From Candidatus Limnocylindrales bacterium (GTDB lineage Bacteria; Moduliflexota; Moduliflexia; Moduliflexales; JAUQPW01): a DNA stretch of 64,000 bases. Position numbers and translations under genes: made by a program. This document shows, piece by piece, positions 41,481 to 52,092 of this stretch. Under the pieces are notes generated by a model. It was given only the letters and a program-made list of their open reading frames with translations. It did not search any database and was not told the DNA's origin. How positions within the stretch are numbered: the stretch's first letter is position 1; each line of letters starts with the position of its first letter. The stretch covers positions 124,001 to 188,000 of the forward strand of contig DATMBG010000051.1 of NCBI GenBank assembly GCA_035559535.1. The letters are read 5' to 3'.

Positions 41481-42210
41481 GGAGAGGAAAACCCCTGTGA
41501 ATTTAATCAAACGTCTACTTCAGAGGCTATTGAATCCCTCAGGCTCTGGCCTAGATTATAAGGCTGCAGTAGGAGGACACTGGGAGGACGTTGGACGGAA
41601 TCAATTTGAGTTCCTGATAAAAGAAGGGCTTAAACCCCATCACTATTTGCTGGATGTTGCCTGTGGGTCCTTTCGAGGGGGTCATTTCTTTATCAAATAT
41701 TTGATGGAAGGTCATTACTTTGCCCTAGATAAAGATTCAACCCTTATTAAGGCCGGGATCGAACGGGTTTTAAAACCTTTGCATCTTTTAGAAAAGAAAC
41801 CACAGATTTATACTGTTGAATTGGGTAAGGAACCGGTCCCTTTAAAGGAAATTCTTAAAACCTCCTTTGATTACATTTGGATTCATGCTTTGTTTGATCA
41901 TATCCCGCCTGAAGCTATTCGGCGTTGTTTTCATGATCTGACAAAAGTCATGGGATCCGGAGGTCGGTTGTATGCGACGATCTTTCTGAATCCACATGGC
42001 CCGAATTTTTTAGAACCTATTATCCATCCGCGTAATGGTTCTCTCCAGGGGGCTATTGTAACATTCCCGGACCGTGAGTACTGGCATCATACCTTAGAGT
42101 TCTTTGAAGGGATTGTAAACGAAATACCTGAACTGCGATTAGATGCTTGTTTGTACGATTATCCTCATCCTCTTGGACTGAGAGTATTACGCTTTATAAA
42201 AGCTTGCTAA
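41467..42210 (+). CDS. Class I SAM-dependent methyltransferase
   Basis: VGGHWEDVG..QFEFL...GLKPHHYLLDVACGSFRGG; start at ATG 41467 overlapping wzt end. Confidence 0.85.
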   Translation: MKSLEERKTPVNLIKRLLQRLLNPSGSGLDYKAAVGGHWEDVGRNQFEFLIKEGLKPHHYLLDVACGSFRGGHFFIKYLMEGHYFALDKDSTLIKAGIERVLKPLHLLEKKPQIYTVELGKEPVPLKEILKTSFDYIWIHALFDHIPPEAIRRCFHDLTKVMGSGGRLYATIFLNPHGPNFLEPIIHPRNGSLQGAIVTFPDREYWHHTLEFFEGIVNEIPELRLDACLYDYPHPLGLRVLRFIKAC

Positions 42211-42226
42211 ATAGGAAGAGTTTACT

Positions 42227-42940
42227 ATGCAACGGGTGATGATTGTGGGGATGGGTCGTAGTGGAACGACTTATCTCACTGAATTCTTAGGTAAGTGTGG
42301 AGTATTCCTGGATGACGTGAATTGGGCCTACGAACATGAACTGGCTCGACTCGTGAACGATTCGGTTTTGATACAAGAATTCGGTGCGAAACCCGGATTG
42401 CCCTACGGAAGGCTTCCGGCCAGAGAGATCAAACTTTCGGATTCCTGGCATACCTTGGCCCGATTTTTTATAAAGTACATGGATTCCCAGGCAAAAGCGA
42501 ATAGCCCCCTTTCCTATTGGGCTTTTAAAGATCCCAGGACGACCATTTTGCATGATATCTGGCTGGACCATTTCGATATTGTTATCGGCATGTTTCGAGC
42601 TCCCCAGGAAGTGGTTGCGTCTTATCTGGGTCAGGGATGGATCAAAGGGCTTTGGAGAAGACGACAGGCTTTACAATACTGGAAACGCTTTAATCGATCG
42701 CTCTTATATATTTATCATGCCTGTGAAGGTAAAAAACCTGTGTACCTTCTCGATTATAACGGAGATGTAATCGAGCAAACAACCTTACTTTGTAAAAAGT
42801 TGGGGATTCCTCTCACCGGAGAGGCCCGAGCTCTGTTCGATTCTTCACGCAAGCATTATAACCATAGTGAACTTCCCGGGGATAGAGAAGCCGTTGAAAT
42901 TTATCAAACCCTGCAATCTCTAAGGATGATTCCAACATGA
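42227..42940 (+). CDS. Sulfotransferase family protein
   Basis: IVGMGRSGTT (PAPS 5'-PSB loop), FKDPRT, R.P.EVVAS. Confidence 0.8.
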   Translation: MQRVMIVGMGRSGTTYLTEFLGKCGVFLDDVNWAYEHELARLVNDSVLIQEFGAKPGLPYGRLPAREIKLSDSWHTLARFFIKYMDSQAKANSPLSYWAFKDPRTTILHDIWLDHFDIVIGMFRAPQEVVASYLGQGWIKGLWRRRQALQYWKRFNRSLLYIYHACEGKKPVYLLDYNGDVIEQTTLLCKKLGIPLTGEARALFDSSRKHYNHSELPGDREAVEIYQTLQSLRMIPT

Positions 42941-44073
42941 TCCATGTCTTTCAACCTGCTTTAGGTAAAGAAGAATTAAAAGCTGTTAAAGAAGTTTTCG
43001 AATCAAATTGGGTAGGTAAAGGAAAAATAACTAATCAATTCGAGGAGAAATTTGCTTCTCACTTAGGTGTGAAGCGGGAGTTAGTTCGAAGCCTCAGTTG
43101 CTGTACGGAAGGTCTGTTCCTATCTATGGAATTACTGGGTATAGGTCCGGGGGATGAGGTTATTCTTCCTTCCATCAGTTTCGTAGGTGCGGCCAATGCC
43201 GTAGCTTCGGCGGGTATTCAACCTACCTTTTGTGATGTTAACAAAAGAACTCTCAATACGACGGCCGATTTTATCGAGGAGAAAATCACTCCCAGGACCA
43301 AAGCTGTCATCATTTTACATTATGGAGGAGTGCCCTGTCAGATGGATGAAATTTGTGAGCTCGTGCGGGACAAAGGAATTGCACTTATCGAAGACAGCGC
43401 CTGTAGTGTTGCCTCTCGATATAAAGGCCGGGCCTGCGGAACCTTTGGAGACATAGGGGTATGGTCCTTTGATGCCATGAAAATCCTGGTGACCGGAGAC
43501 GGGGCCATGCTTTACTGCAGAACCCCGGAGGTAGCCCAACGGGCCGAAAAACTCCTTTATCTGGGTTTAACAACCCAGAGTGGACTTTCCAGCAGCGTAG
43601 ACACCAAGTGGTGGGAATTTGAGATTTCCTGTTATGGAAGGCGGGCTATCATGAATGATATCGCTTCCGCCATTGGAGTTGAACAATTAAGAAAACTCCC
43701 CGATTTTATTAATCGTCGCAGAGAAATCCATGAATATTATAATCAGGCCCTCTCTAAACTGGACTGGCTGCAACTGCCACCTCAGATCCCGGCTTATGTG
43801 GAATCTTCTTACTACTTCTATTGGATCCAGACCCAACCCAAGATCCGGGATCGACTGGCTAAATATCTAAGAGAAAAAGGCATCTATACCACTTTCCGCT
43901 ACTACCCTCTACACTGGGTGAAATTTTATGGGGTAACAACCCATTTGCCCCATGCCGAAGAAGCAGCCCGCTCAACCCTTTGCCTGCCTATCCATCAATC
44001 TCTATCCGATGAAGAGGTTAATAAAATCATTGAATCTATTTATGACTTTGGTAAGGATTTATCGAACCCATGA
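42937..44073 (+). CDS. DegT/DnrJ/EryC1/StrS PLP-dependent sugar aminotransferase
   Basis: GPGDEVI, HYGG.P, IEDSAC, SFDAMK PLP lysine, LCLPIH. Confidence 0.95.
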   Translation: MIHVFQPALGKEELKAVKEVFESNWVGKGKITNQFEEKFASHLGVKRELVRSLSCCTEGLFLSMELLGIGPGDEVILPSISFVGAANAVASAGIQPTFCDVNKRTLNTTADFIEEKITPRTKAVIILHYGGVPCQMDEICELVRDKGIALIEDSACSVASRYKGRACGTFGDIGVWSFDAMKILVTGDGAMLYCRTPEVAQRAEKLLYLGLTTQSGLSSSVDTKWWEFEISCYGRRAIMNDIASAIGVEQLRKLPDFINRRREIHEYYNQALSKLDWLQLPPQIPAYVESSYYFYWIQTQPKIRDRLAKYLREKGIYTTFRYYPLHWVKFYGVTTHLPHAEEAARSTLCLPIHQSLSDEEVNKIIESIYDFGKDLSNP

Positions 44074-45152
44074 TTTACATCTTTACGTTTCTGGGTGAGT
44101 TTGGTTACGAATTATTCAACTGGCAAGGCGTTATCCGAAAGTTTTCCAGGACCCTTTCGCCTTCTGATAAGATTATCTGCTGCAGCCGGGCAAATCTTTA
44201 TCCCCTGTATGAAAAGGCTTCTCAATACATCGATATTTCCCAGGTAAAGTCTTTTCAGAGGAGTGTCGCTTGTGGGTATTTTGCTCTACATCCCTACGAC
44301 CTTACCTCTGGTTTAAAAAGAAAATTGACCTTTTATCAGCGCCACAGATTCGATCACCGGCTCAAAGCAGAACTTAAATCTTTTATTCTTCAACATCTGG
44401 AAGGGGTAAAACAATCCAGAAATCCAAAATTTCGGTGGTGGAATTTATTTTCACCGCAAGGATCTGACCGATCCGGAGAACCCTATACCTTTATCTTCAG
44501 CTCCGACAAAATCCGGTTAAACGGCTGTACCTTTGGTTGCGATCGCAGGCGATATGGCGTGGATATTGCGGAAGGTAATATTTACGACCTGCTGGATCTC
44601 AATAACAATCTTTTTCAAAAGATCGAACCGGATTTGAGGGTACGGGCTTCTGTTGAGGAGAAACTGGGTTGGGATTTAACCGAACCCTTTGTACTTTGCC
44701 AAACAAGAAACCGGGAGATTGTAATTAGATCTCAGGAAGTTGTACCCAAGGAACGGCTTATTGAAGCCCTGGCCAGGGAAATTAAGGTAGTTCTTTTATC
44801 TTTTCATACCGGTCGATATCTGGATAGTTATTCGGCTTTTAAGAAGTTGCCCAACTGTTTTCAGTACTCCTGTAGCTCCTTCACAGAGCAGATCTGCCTG
44901 ATCCACTTTGCCAGACACTGTTTGTTTTTCACAGAAAGGGATTTCGGGAGTCATATCTACGTTCCCCCATTCCTGGGAAAAGATGTAACCGCCATTGCCC
45001 CTGCGACCGTTTATCAATTAGGTACGACCCCCATAGACTTTTGGAATCAAAACGTCTTTCGGTTTGGAGGTCAAATTATCCCCAAAGTTTCCGAGGAGGT
45101 CTTTGCAACTCCCACAAAAGTTCGAGAGTTAATCCATGAAATCCTTTCATAG
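44070..45152 (+). CDS. Hypothetical protein in glycan cluster
   Basis: 360 aa ORF translationally coupled on both sides; no family recognised. Confidence 0.7.
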   Translation: MIYIFTFLGEFGYELFNWQGVIRKFSRTLSPSDKIICCSRANLYPLYEKASQYIDISQVKSFQRSVACGYFALHPYDLTSGLKRKLTFYQRHRFDHRLKAELKSFILQHLEGVKQSRNPKFRWWNLFSPQGSDRSGEPYTFIFSSDKIRLNGCTFGCDRRRYGVDIAEGNIYDLLDLNNNLFQKIEPDLRVRASVEEKLGWDLTEPFVLCQTRNREIVIRSQEVVPKERLIEALAREIKVVLLSFHTGRYLDSYSAFKKLPNCFQYSCSSFTEQICLIHFARHCLFFTERDFGSHIYVPPFLGKDVTAIAPATVYQLGTTPIDFWNQNVFRFGGQIIPKVSEEVFATPTKVRELIHEILS

Positions 45153-45840
45153 TAAATATTTAGAGGACTTGGAACACATTTCTTCAAAAGAAGATGTTGC
45201 AGATTATTATCTGTGGCCGAGAACCCCTATTGGAGATGGCATCCAGGATAGAATCGTTCAGAGGGTAGGTGTGTCGGATTATGAAGTGACCCATAAACGT
45301 TCCAGATCCGGCCAGATTATTTCTTATCTGAATACCCTTATTGAGCACCATCTCCTGGAACCCGGCTTTTCTCTTCTGGATATTGCCTGTGGAGATGCCG
45401 TTATACTCTGGCAGATCAAGAAAGCATTCCCTGAAGCCCACTGTTTTGGAATTGATTGTAATAAGGGCAAGTTTAGCACACACTCTAAAGTTCAACAGGA
45501 AGGGGTTCAACTTTTCAATGTTTTTATACAACACCTTTTTAGGACCTGCCCAGAAATTCCCTTCGACGTGGTGATGATGCTAAATACTTACCGGGGTTGG
45601 GAATCTGCAGACCTTCGTGAGCATGAGCAACATTTACCCGAGCTGGCAGATAAATGGTTTGAAAAAAATGCCCGCTACACCATTTTGACGGCAACCGACG
45701 AACAGATAACTCATCTAAGGCGGTTAAACTTTTCTGTCCAGAAGATTGGAAGAGGTGAAGACGATTCTACCCTGATAGGCCTTTCCAGGTTAAAGCTACC
45801 GGAACCCTTCTGGAAGAGAGTTTTATCTTTCTATAAGTAG
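45136..45840 (+). CDS. Class I SAM-dependent methyltransferase
   Basis: LLDIACGD motif I, FGID, FDVVM. Confidence 0.75.
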   Translation: MKSFHSKYLEDLEHISSKEDVADYYLWPRTPIGDGIQDRIVQRVGVSDYEVTHKRSRSGQIISYLNTLIEHHLLEPGFSLLDIACGDAVILWQIKKAFPEAHCFGIDCNKGKFSTHSKVQQEGVQLFNVFIQHLFRTCPEIPFDVVMMLNTYRGWESADLREHEQHLPELADKWFEKNARYTILTATDEQITHLRRLNFSVQKIGRGEDDSTLIGLSRLKLPEPFWKRVLSFYK

Positions 45841-45865
45841 CTGCAACCTGCAGCGCAGCGTAAGT

Positions 45866-47047
45866 ATGAAATTTCTTATCCTTAACACAGATTATACCGA
45901 GTTCTTACAGTGGCTTTACTCTCAACATCCGGGGTTAGAGAGTCAACCCTATGAAGAACAAATGCGGGTCCGCAACGAGAGTTTATTTGGGCTTGCAGAT
46001 TTTTATTCCGACAATCTCCATAAACTCGGCAATGAAGCCTGGGACATCCACGTTAATAATGAATTCATGCAGAGAGCGTGGGCTCAACAATATAATATCC
46101 AACCAGTCCAACCAGACGAGGCGGTTTCCATAGCACAGCCGGGGTGGAACGCTTTACGGCAAATTCGGTATGTTACTGCCCGAACGCCCTTGAGACACCT
46201 TAAGCCACTCTTTCGCCCGGTACTTCGTTCACTGGATAAACGGCAGTACAAAATCCTGGCTGCACAAATCAAGCACTACCGACCGGATGTTCTTTTTAAT
46301 CTGGATATGAAAAGTATGAGCAGTTTGTTTTTAAAAGAGATGAAACCTTACACCCGCTTGCTGGTAGGGCAAATTGCTTCTCCCTTACCCCCTAACCAGG
46401 ACTTTCGTTGCTATGATTTGATCCTTTCGTCCCTGCCTAATTTTGTTGAGGATTTCCGACGGAGAGGGGTTCCTGCCGAATTACATAGGTTTGCCTTTGA
46501 GCCGAAAATATTAGAGCGATTGGAACAGAGGGAGAGTAAAATTTCCATCTCCTTTGTAGGGAGTCTATCCTCGCATCATAAAGCCCGGGTTCAGCTCCTC
46601 GAACAGCTATGTGCACGTCAGGATATGGAGATATGGGGACAGGGAATTCAGAGTCTGTCGGAGACTTCCTCTATTCGTCGGTGTTACCGGGGCGAAGCCT
46701 GGGGTATCGAAATGTATCAAATCCTTTCCAACTCCAAAATAACCCTGAATCACCACATTAATATAGCGGGTCCCTATGCCAACAATATGCGCCTTTTCGA
46801 AGCAACCGGGGTTGGAACTTTACTCGTGACCGATTGGAAAGAAAATTTGCACGAGATGTTTGAACCGGGTAAAGAAATCGTAAGCTATCGAACTCCCGAA
46901 GAATGTGCCGAACTCATTCAATATTACCTGGAACACGATGAAGAACGTAAATCCATTGCCTGTGCCGGTCAAAAACGGGTCTTACAAGAACATACCTATT
47001 CCCACCGCATGCAGGAGTTTGTGGATATGGTTCGTAAATATCTTTAA
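45866..47047 (+). CDS. Glycosyltransferase (CgeB/Glyco_trans_1_2 type)
   Basis: ISFVGS, SKITLN, NMRLFEATGVG.LLVTD, EHTYSHR. Confidence 0.88.
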   Translation: MKFLILNTDYTEFLQWLYSQHPGLESQPYEEQMRVRNESLFGLADFYSDNLHKLGNEAWDIHVNNEFMQRAWAQQYNIQPVQPDEAVSIAQPGWNALRQIRYVTARTPLRHLKPLFRPVLRSLDKRQYKILAAQIKHYRPDVLFNLDMKSMSSLFLKEMKPYTRLLVGQIASPLPPNQDFRCYDLILSSLPNFVEDFRRRGVPAELHRFAFEPKILERLEQRESKISISFVGSLSSHHKARVQLLEQLCARQDMEIWGQGIQSLSETSSIRRCYRGEAWGIEMYQILSNSKITLNHHINIAGPYANNMRLFEATGVGTLLVTDWKENLHEMFEPGKEIVSYRTPEECAELIQYYLEHDEERKSIACAGQKRVLQEHTYSHRMQEFVDMVRKYL

Positions 47048-47084
47048 TTAATAACGGGTGGAAAGGTCTCGATTTTGGCATGTT

Positions 47085-47169
47085 ATACCAATTCGATAGG
47101 GAAACATAGTCCCTCCGTCCCCACGTCCGGAGAGGGGGGTAAGGCCTAATCTTTATGGGGAATTGGTAT
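47085..47169. mobile_element. 85-bp MITE-like element
   Basis: 10-bp perfect TIR ATACCAATTC ... GAATTGGTAT around a C-rich/G-rich core. Confidence 0.6.
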
Positions 47170-47195
47170 TACCTGTCCAACAACGAAATTTTCAG

Positions 47196-48017
47196 ATGGT
47201 TTTCACTTCGACCTCTTTGAAGCTAAAGGCCGTTGCACGCAGGATATTACCTTTCCGTTTACGACGAGTATTAGGGGAGTGGCTTCGGAAGAACGGAAAC
47301 ACGGGACAGAATCTACCGGTGTCCTCTAACCTTGAAGTGATAAAGGAGGAAGTTCCACCGGAACTCCTATACGGATGGCAAGATCGGGCTGTTGCCGAAA
47401 GGCAGCATGCAGCCTTTGACCCTTTACTCCGACAAATGTATGAAGGGAATCCACGGGAGGATTTTGTCGCGGTAGCTAAGGCTGTGCAGATGACCGCCTT
47501 AAAAAACCCCTTGATTATTGAGGTAGGATGTGGAAGTGGCTGGAATTTTGAGGTTTTAACCCATCTCCTGAAGCGGCCTGTCCGCTATATCGGTCTGGAT
47601 TATTCCTTTGCCATGACCGATTTAGGGAAACGATCTTATCCTGAGGTTCAATTTGTCGTCGGGGATGCCACAGCCCTTCCTCTGAGGGATGAAGCCTGCG
47701 ATATTTTGTTATCGGGTACGGTATTGATGCATGTGTTAGGCTACCGGGAAGCCATCCGTGAAAGTCGTCGGGTCACCCGAAAATGGTGTATTTTTCATAC
47801 GGTACCTGTCCTGCAGAAGAGATCCACAACTCTGTTACGTAAATCTGCCTACGGACAACCCGTGATAGAAGTGATTTTTAACGAGGAGGAGTTACAGGAT
47901 TTGATAAGGCAAAATGGATTAATTCTTCGTCACGTGCTATCCAGTCTCCCCTACAACCTGGAAGAAGTACTTCAAGAGACAAGTAAGACCTATACCTATA
48001 TCTGTGAGGTTGGTTGA
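47196..48017 (+). CDS. Class I SAM-dependent methyltransferase (type 11)
   Basis: IIEVGCGSG, YIGLDYS, GDATALP, DILLSGTVLMH; TTG 47163 lies inside the MITE, so ATG 47196 preferred. Confidence 0.88.
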   Translation: MVFTSTSLKLKAVARRILPFRLRRVLGEWLRKNGNTGQNLPVSSNLEVIKEEVPPELLYGWQDRAVAERQHAAFDPLLRQMYEGNPREDFVAVAKAVQMTALKNPLIIEVGCGSGWNFEVLTHLLKRPVRYIGLDYSFAMTDLGKRSYPEVQFVVGDATALPLRDEACDILLSGTVLMHVLGYREAIRESRRVTRKWCIFHTVPVLQKRSTTLLRKSAYGQPVIEVIFNEEELQDLIRQNGLILRHVLSSLPYNLEEVLQETSKTYTYICEVG

Positions 48018-48771
48018 AGTGAATTGGGTTCTACGGTGCTTAAGGCTGATATACCTCACGAGCAAGGGTGTTTTACTTCATATTCCTGGAGGTCCCTGGT
48101 TACTGGCATGGACAGATCCCTTGCATCTTGCCCGTCGGTTATTGCGGCAGGCAATCCAGGAGCACTCTCACTACGCCCGAGGATCACTATTGGATATTGG
48201 CTGTGGAGGAAAGCCTTATCGGGATCTGTTTCAATTTGTGGACCGATATATTGGTCTGGATATTCCATCCGGTGGTAAAGTAGATGTCATAGGTGATGCC
48301 ATGAGATTACCCTTTCGGAGTCAAGTCTTTGATACGGTCCTGTGTAACGAAGTTCTGGAACATGTACCAGAACCTTCTGTGGTAATGGCAGAAGCAGTTC
48401 AGGTGCTTAAACCCGGAGGTTATCTCCTCTTAACTACTCCTCAAACCTGGGGCCTTCATCTAGAACCTTATGATTTCTACCGGTATACCCATTATGGACT
48501 GCGTTATCTTGCCGAAAAGAATGGATTGGAAGTCATTAAGGTGATTCCCACATGTGGGCTTTGGGCAACCCTGGCACAACGCATGGTAGATACAATTATT
48601 CATACCTATGTTATCCATCGACCGCCGTGGGTGATTCTGGCCTTATCGATCCTGCTTTCACCAGTGCTACTGACTGGATTTATATTAGATAAGCTATTGG
48701 GCAAGCGAGGGGATACGTTAGATAACGTGCTGATAGCGCGAAAGCCCGAACTTGTTTTTAAGCAAGATTGA
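48004..48771 (+). CDS. Class I SAM-dependent methyltransferase (type 11)
   Basis: LLDIGCGGKPY, FDTVLCNEVLEHV, LKPGG, PYDFYRYT; start uncertain. Confidence 0.9.
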   Translation: MRLVEVNWVLRCLRLIYLTSKGVLLHIPGGPWLLAWTDPLHLARRLLRQAIQEHSHYARGSLLDIGCGGKPYRDLFQFVDRYIGLDIPSGGKVDVIGDAMRLPFRSQVFDTVLCNEVLEHVPEPSVVMAEAVQVLKPGGYLLLTTPQTWGLHLEPYDFYRYTHYGLRYLAEKNGLEVIKVIPTCGLWATLAQRMVDTIIHTYVIHRPPWVILALSILLSPVLLTGFILDKLLGKRGDTLDNVLIARKPELVFKQD

Positions 48772-48788
48772 TTCAAGGAGAAAATATT

Positions 48789-48877
48789 ACACTGTAACTT
48801 TAATTGTGATTAATGTTTAAGCGGCCCTCACCCCAAGTCCCTCTCCCACGCTGCGGGAGAGGAGGTTTAAACAGTGT
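48789..48877. repeat. CCCTCACCCC...CCCTCTCCC / GGGAGAGG palindromic repeat with inverted-repeat ends
   Basis: Core CCCTCACCCCAAGTCCCTCTCCCACGCTGCGGGAGAGG flanked by ACACTGT...ACAGTGT and TGTTTAA...TTAAACA. Confidence 0.55.
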
Positions 48878-48946
48878 TCTATATCAGGATCTGAGGTTCG
48901 ATAAGTAAACTTCTGATCTTGTTTAAAGAATGATTGTCTTTTTAGT

Positions 48947-49963
48947 TTGATGTACTATTTCTGTACCTATTTTGATCATCATTATTTATTACGGGGACTG
49001 GCCCTTTATCACTCGCTTAAGCGTTATTGCCCTTCGTTTCGGTTGTGGGTGCTATGTCTGGATGCTGAGTGCCAGAGGATTCTTTCCCAACTGAACTTGC
49101 CAGATGTCCATTTAATTTCCCTCGAAGAATTCGAGAAAGGAGATGAAGAACTTCTTAAGGCCAGGCAGAACCGTTCTCTCATGGAATACTATTTCACCTG
49201 TACCCCTTCCCTCCTTTTGTTTGTACTAAGGAACTTTCCTGAAGTAGATCATATTACCTATCTGGATGCAGATCTTTTCTTTTTCTCTGATTTAGCCCCT
49301 ATTTATCAAGAAATCGGCAACCACTCCATTGCCATTGTTGAACATCGGTTTCCACCCTATCTTCGCGACCGAGAGCGGTACGGAATTTACAACGTAGGCT
49401 GGCTTTCCTTCAAGCGTGATAGTCATGCCTTTACCTGCCTTTATTGGTGGCGTGAACGTTGCATTGAGTGGTGTTATGATCGCTGCGAAGAGGGTCGCTA
49501 TGCAGACCAAAAATATCTGGATACCTGGCCTGATCGCTTCCAAAACGTCGTGGTTTTACAGCACAAAGGGGTTAATCTGGCTCCCTGGAATCTGGCTAAC
49601 TATCAAATTCAAGAATATAAAAATGAGATTTGGGTGGATGACCAGCCCCTCATTTTTTTCCATTTCCATGGCTTTAAACAGATCACCGGCTGGCTCTATG
49701 ATCCTAACTTTGCAGATTACAATTTGAAACCCTCTAAAGTTATACGGCAAAGTATTTATGCACCTTATATCTATACTCTTTTCACAAAAGCCCAACAAGT
49801 TCCCTTTCTTTCACCAAAAGCTTCCCTTCAATCCAATGTAAGAGGTCAAACAGTGAAATCCCGATTACCCCAGAGGGTAAGAAAATTGAGGAGAATGTTC
49901 CAGATTGGAAAGGGTTTTTTGACACAAAGATATATCCTGGTCATCAACGGACATGTTTTATAG
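48947..49963 (+). CDS. Putative GT-A fold glycosyltransferase
   Basis: FCTYFD..YL.RGLAL, YLDADL (DxD), YNVGW, DQKYLD, NLAPWN, FFHFHG. Confidence 0.8.
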   Translation: MMYYFCTYFDHHYLLRGLALYHSLKRYCPSFRLWVLCLDAECQRILSQLNLPDVHLISLEEFEKGDEELLKARQNRSLMEYYFTCTPSLLLFVLRNFPEVDHITYLDADLFFFSDLAPIYQEIGNHSIAIVEHRFPPYLRDRERYGIYNVGWLSFKRDSHAFTCLYWWRERCIEWCYDRCEEGRYADQKYLDTWPDRFQNVVVLQHKGVNLAPWNLANYQIQEYKNEIWVDDQPLIFFHFHGFKQITGWLYDPNFADYNLKPSKVIRQSIYAPYIYTLFTKAQQVPFLSPKASLQSNVRGQTVKSRLPQRVRKLRRMFQIGKGFLTQRYILVINGHVL

Positions 49964-49996
49964 ATAAATTGGAATTAATTAAAAAATTTTTGTTAC

Positions 49997-50024
49997 GTAC
50001 GGGCGCACGGCCGTGCGCCCGTAC
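49997..50024. repeat. REP-like perfect 28-bp palindrome
   Basis: GTACGGGCGCACGGCCGTGCGCCCGTAC. Confidence 0.85.
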
Positions 50025-50031
50025 TGGTGCC

Positions 50032-50946
50032 ATGCAAACTGCAACTTACCTTCATCCAGACCTTTTAAGAAGATTCCCTAAAATTTCCATTATCACCCCT
50101 TCCTTTAATCAGGCCCCATTTCTGGAAGAAACCATCTGTTCGGTGCTTAATCAGCGCTATCCTCACTTAGAGTACATTATTATTGATGGAGGAAGTACAG
50201 ATGGAAGTGTAGAGATTATTAAGCGTTACGAGTCCCATCTGGCCTATTGGGTTAGCGAACCCGATCGGGGACAGGCCCATGCCCTCAATAAGGGTCTGAG
50301 GCAGGTGACCGGGGAAATTGTAGCCTTCCTCAACAGTGATGATCTTTATCTACCCGGTGCTTTGATGGCTGTAGCCGAATATTTTTGTGAACATGCAGAT
50401 TGTAAATGGTTGTGTGGTGATACACTCTTTTTCGGGAATGAGGGATGTCGGACCGAACTGATTCAAGCCAGAGTTCCGCAGTCTGTAGCCCATTGCCTGA
50501 TGTGTGCCTACAATGCGCCACAACCCGGAATGTTCTGGAGGCGAGAATTGCTGAACGCTGGGTTTCAGGAGCGCCTGCGCTATAGCTTTGACCACGAATT
50601 GTATGTCCGTTTGCTCCTGGCGGGATATCGCTGTGAACATCTGACCATACCTGTTGCTGCTTACCGCTATCATGTCGGTAGTAAGTCTGTAGCCGAAGGG
50701 CACAGGTTTGGAAATGAATTCGATGAAATCGCCGAGCGTTATGAGAATCAGTTGACAGGAACCGGACGCCGGTGGTGTCGGTCGGTCCGTTTTCTTAAAC
50801 AAGCTTATCAGGCAGGTCAGGTGGGGAAGACCCGGGAAGCCATGAAATATCTTTTCCTTGCATTCCTCATACATCCGGAAGGTACTCCGCGACGCCGTTT
50901 GTTCTGGAAATGTTTACATCAATTACTGAGAAGTTCATTTTTATAA
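50032..50946 (+). CDS. Glycosyltransferase family 2
   Basis: ISIITPSFNQ, IIIDGGSTD, SEPDRGQ..A.NKG, FLNSDD; ATG 50032 just after the REP. Confidence 0.93.
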   Translation: MQTATYLHPDLLRRFPKISIITPSFNQAPFLEETICSVLNQRYPHLEYIIIDGGSTDGSVEIIKRYESHLAYWVSEPDRGQAHALNKGLRQVTGEIVAFLNSDDLYLPGALMAVAEYFCEHADCKWLCGDTLFFGNEGCRTELIQARVPQSVAHCLMCAYNAPQPGMFWRRELLNAGFQERLRYSFDHELYVRLLLAGYRCEHLTIPVAAYRYHVGSKSVAEGHRFGNEFDEIAERYENQLTGTGRRWCRSVRFLKQAYQAGQVGKTREAMKYLFLAFLIHPEGTPRRRLFWKCLHQLLRSSFL

Positions 50947-50964
50947 ATCCAGTGGAGGAGATCT

Positions 50965-52092
50965 ATGCGTATCGGTATTGATATTCGATCCCTTCAAACA
51001 GAAAGTCAATTTCGTGGAATAGGAACGTTTACCTCCAATGTGGTGAACCATCTGGTTGAAGTAGATTCAGAAAATGAGTATTTTTTCTTTGCCTCAGCTT
51101 ATAAAAAAATCAGAGGCTTACGAGAGGATTTACAATCCAAGGTTATCTGGCTAAAACGTCCAACCCGACTCACTTCCCTAACCGATCAGTTCCTGTGGTA
51201 TCCTGTTTTAAAAGCCTATCGAATAGATATCTTCCATGCCATGGAGTTTGCAATTCCCAGGTTTTCTCCATGTAAGCGGGTGATTACGATTTACGATCTG
51301 ATCCCTTTGATTTTTCAGGAATACAAGACCCTCCGAAAATTGCCCCATCATCTGGTGTATCTGTTAAAGTTTCACTCAACGCGATGGGCCGAGAAAGTCA
51401 TAGCCATCTCGGAAAGTGTCAAGAACGATTTGATACGAATTCTAGGGCTTCCCGAGGAGAAGATAGAGGTGATCCTGGGAGGAGTCCGGGAGATTTTTCA
51501 ACCCTCTCTGCCGGCAGATCAGGTGGAAGCCATGAAAAAGAAGTACCACCTCGAGGGGGATTATCTTATTTTTCCCTGTGGATTCGAACCTCGGAAGAAC
51601 GTACTGTTAACTATTCTTGCCTTTCAACGAGCTCTTCAGGTACTTCCCGGAAATTATCAACTGGCCCTGGTTGGGAATTTAAGTCCGGAATCTCAACGGA
51701 TTAGACGGTATATTTCAGAAAAGGGACTGGATAAGCAGGTTATCCTAACCGGTTATGCTTCCCCTGAAGATCTCAGTTATCTCTACAATGGTGCAAAACT
51801 CTGCTTGTTTCCTTCCCTTTATGAAGGATTTGGCTTGCCGGCTTTGGAGGCTATGGCCTGTGGATTACCGGTAATTACTTCCAACGATACTTCCCTCCCC
51901 GAAGTGGTCGGAGATGCGGCGGTATCGGTAAATCCCTACTCGGTAACCTCCATCACAGAGGCTATTATCAGGGTTTTGACAAACCCGGATTTGCAAAAAA
52001 CTCTGAAAGAAAAAGGTTTAAAACGGGCTGCATCCTTTTCCTGGCATACCATCGCCAGACAAACCCTTGAAGTTTATCAACATTTAAAATGA
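50965..52092 (+). CDS. Glycosyltransferase family 4
   Basis: [37 protein letters not shown]. Confidence 0.95.
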   Translation: MRIGIDIRSLQTESQFRGIGTFTSNVVNHLVEVDSENEYFFFASAYKKIRGLREDLQSKVIWLKRPTRLTSLTDQFLWYPVLKAYRIDIFHAMEFAIPRFSPCKRVITIYDLIPLIFQEYKTLRKLPHHLVYLLKFHSTRWAEKVIAISESVKNDLIRILGLPEEKIEVILGGVREIFQPSLPADQVEAMKKKYHLEGDYLIFPCGFEPRKNVLLTILAFQRALQVLPGNYQLALVGNLSPESQRIRRYISEKGLDKQVILTGYASPEDLSYLYNGAKLCLFPSLYEGFGLPALEAMACGLPVITSNDTSLPEVVGDAAVSVNPYSVTSITEAIIRVLTNPDLQKTLKEKGLKRAASFSWHTIARQTLEVYQHLK

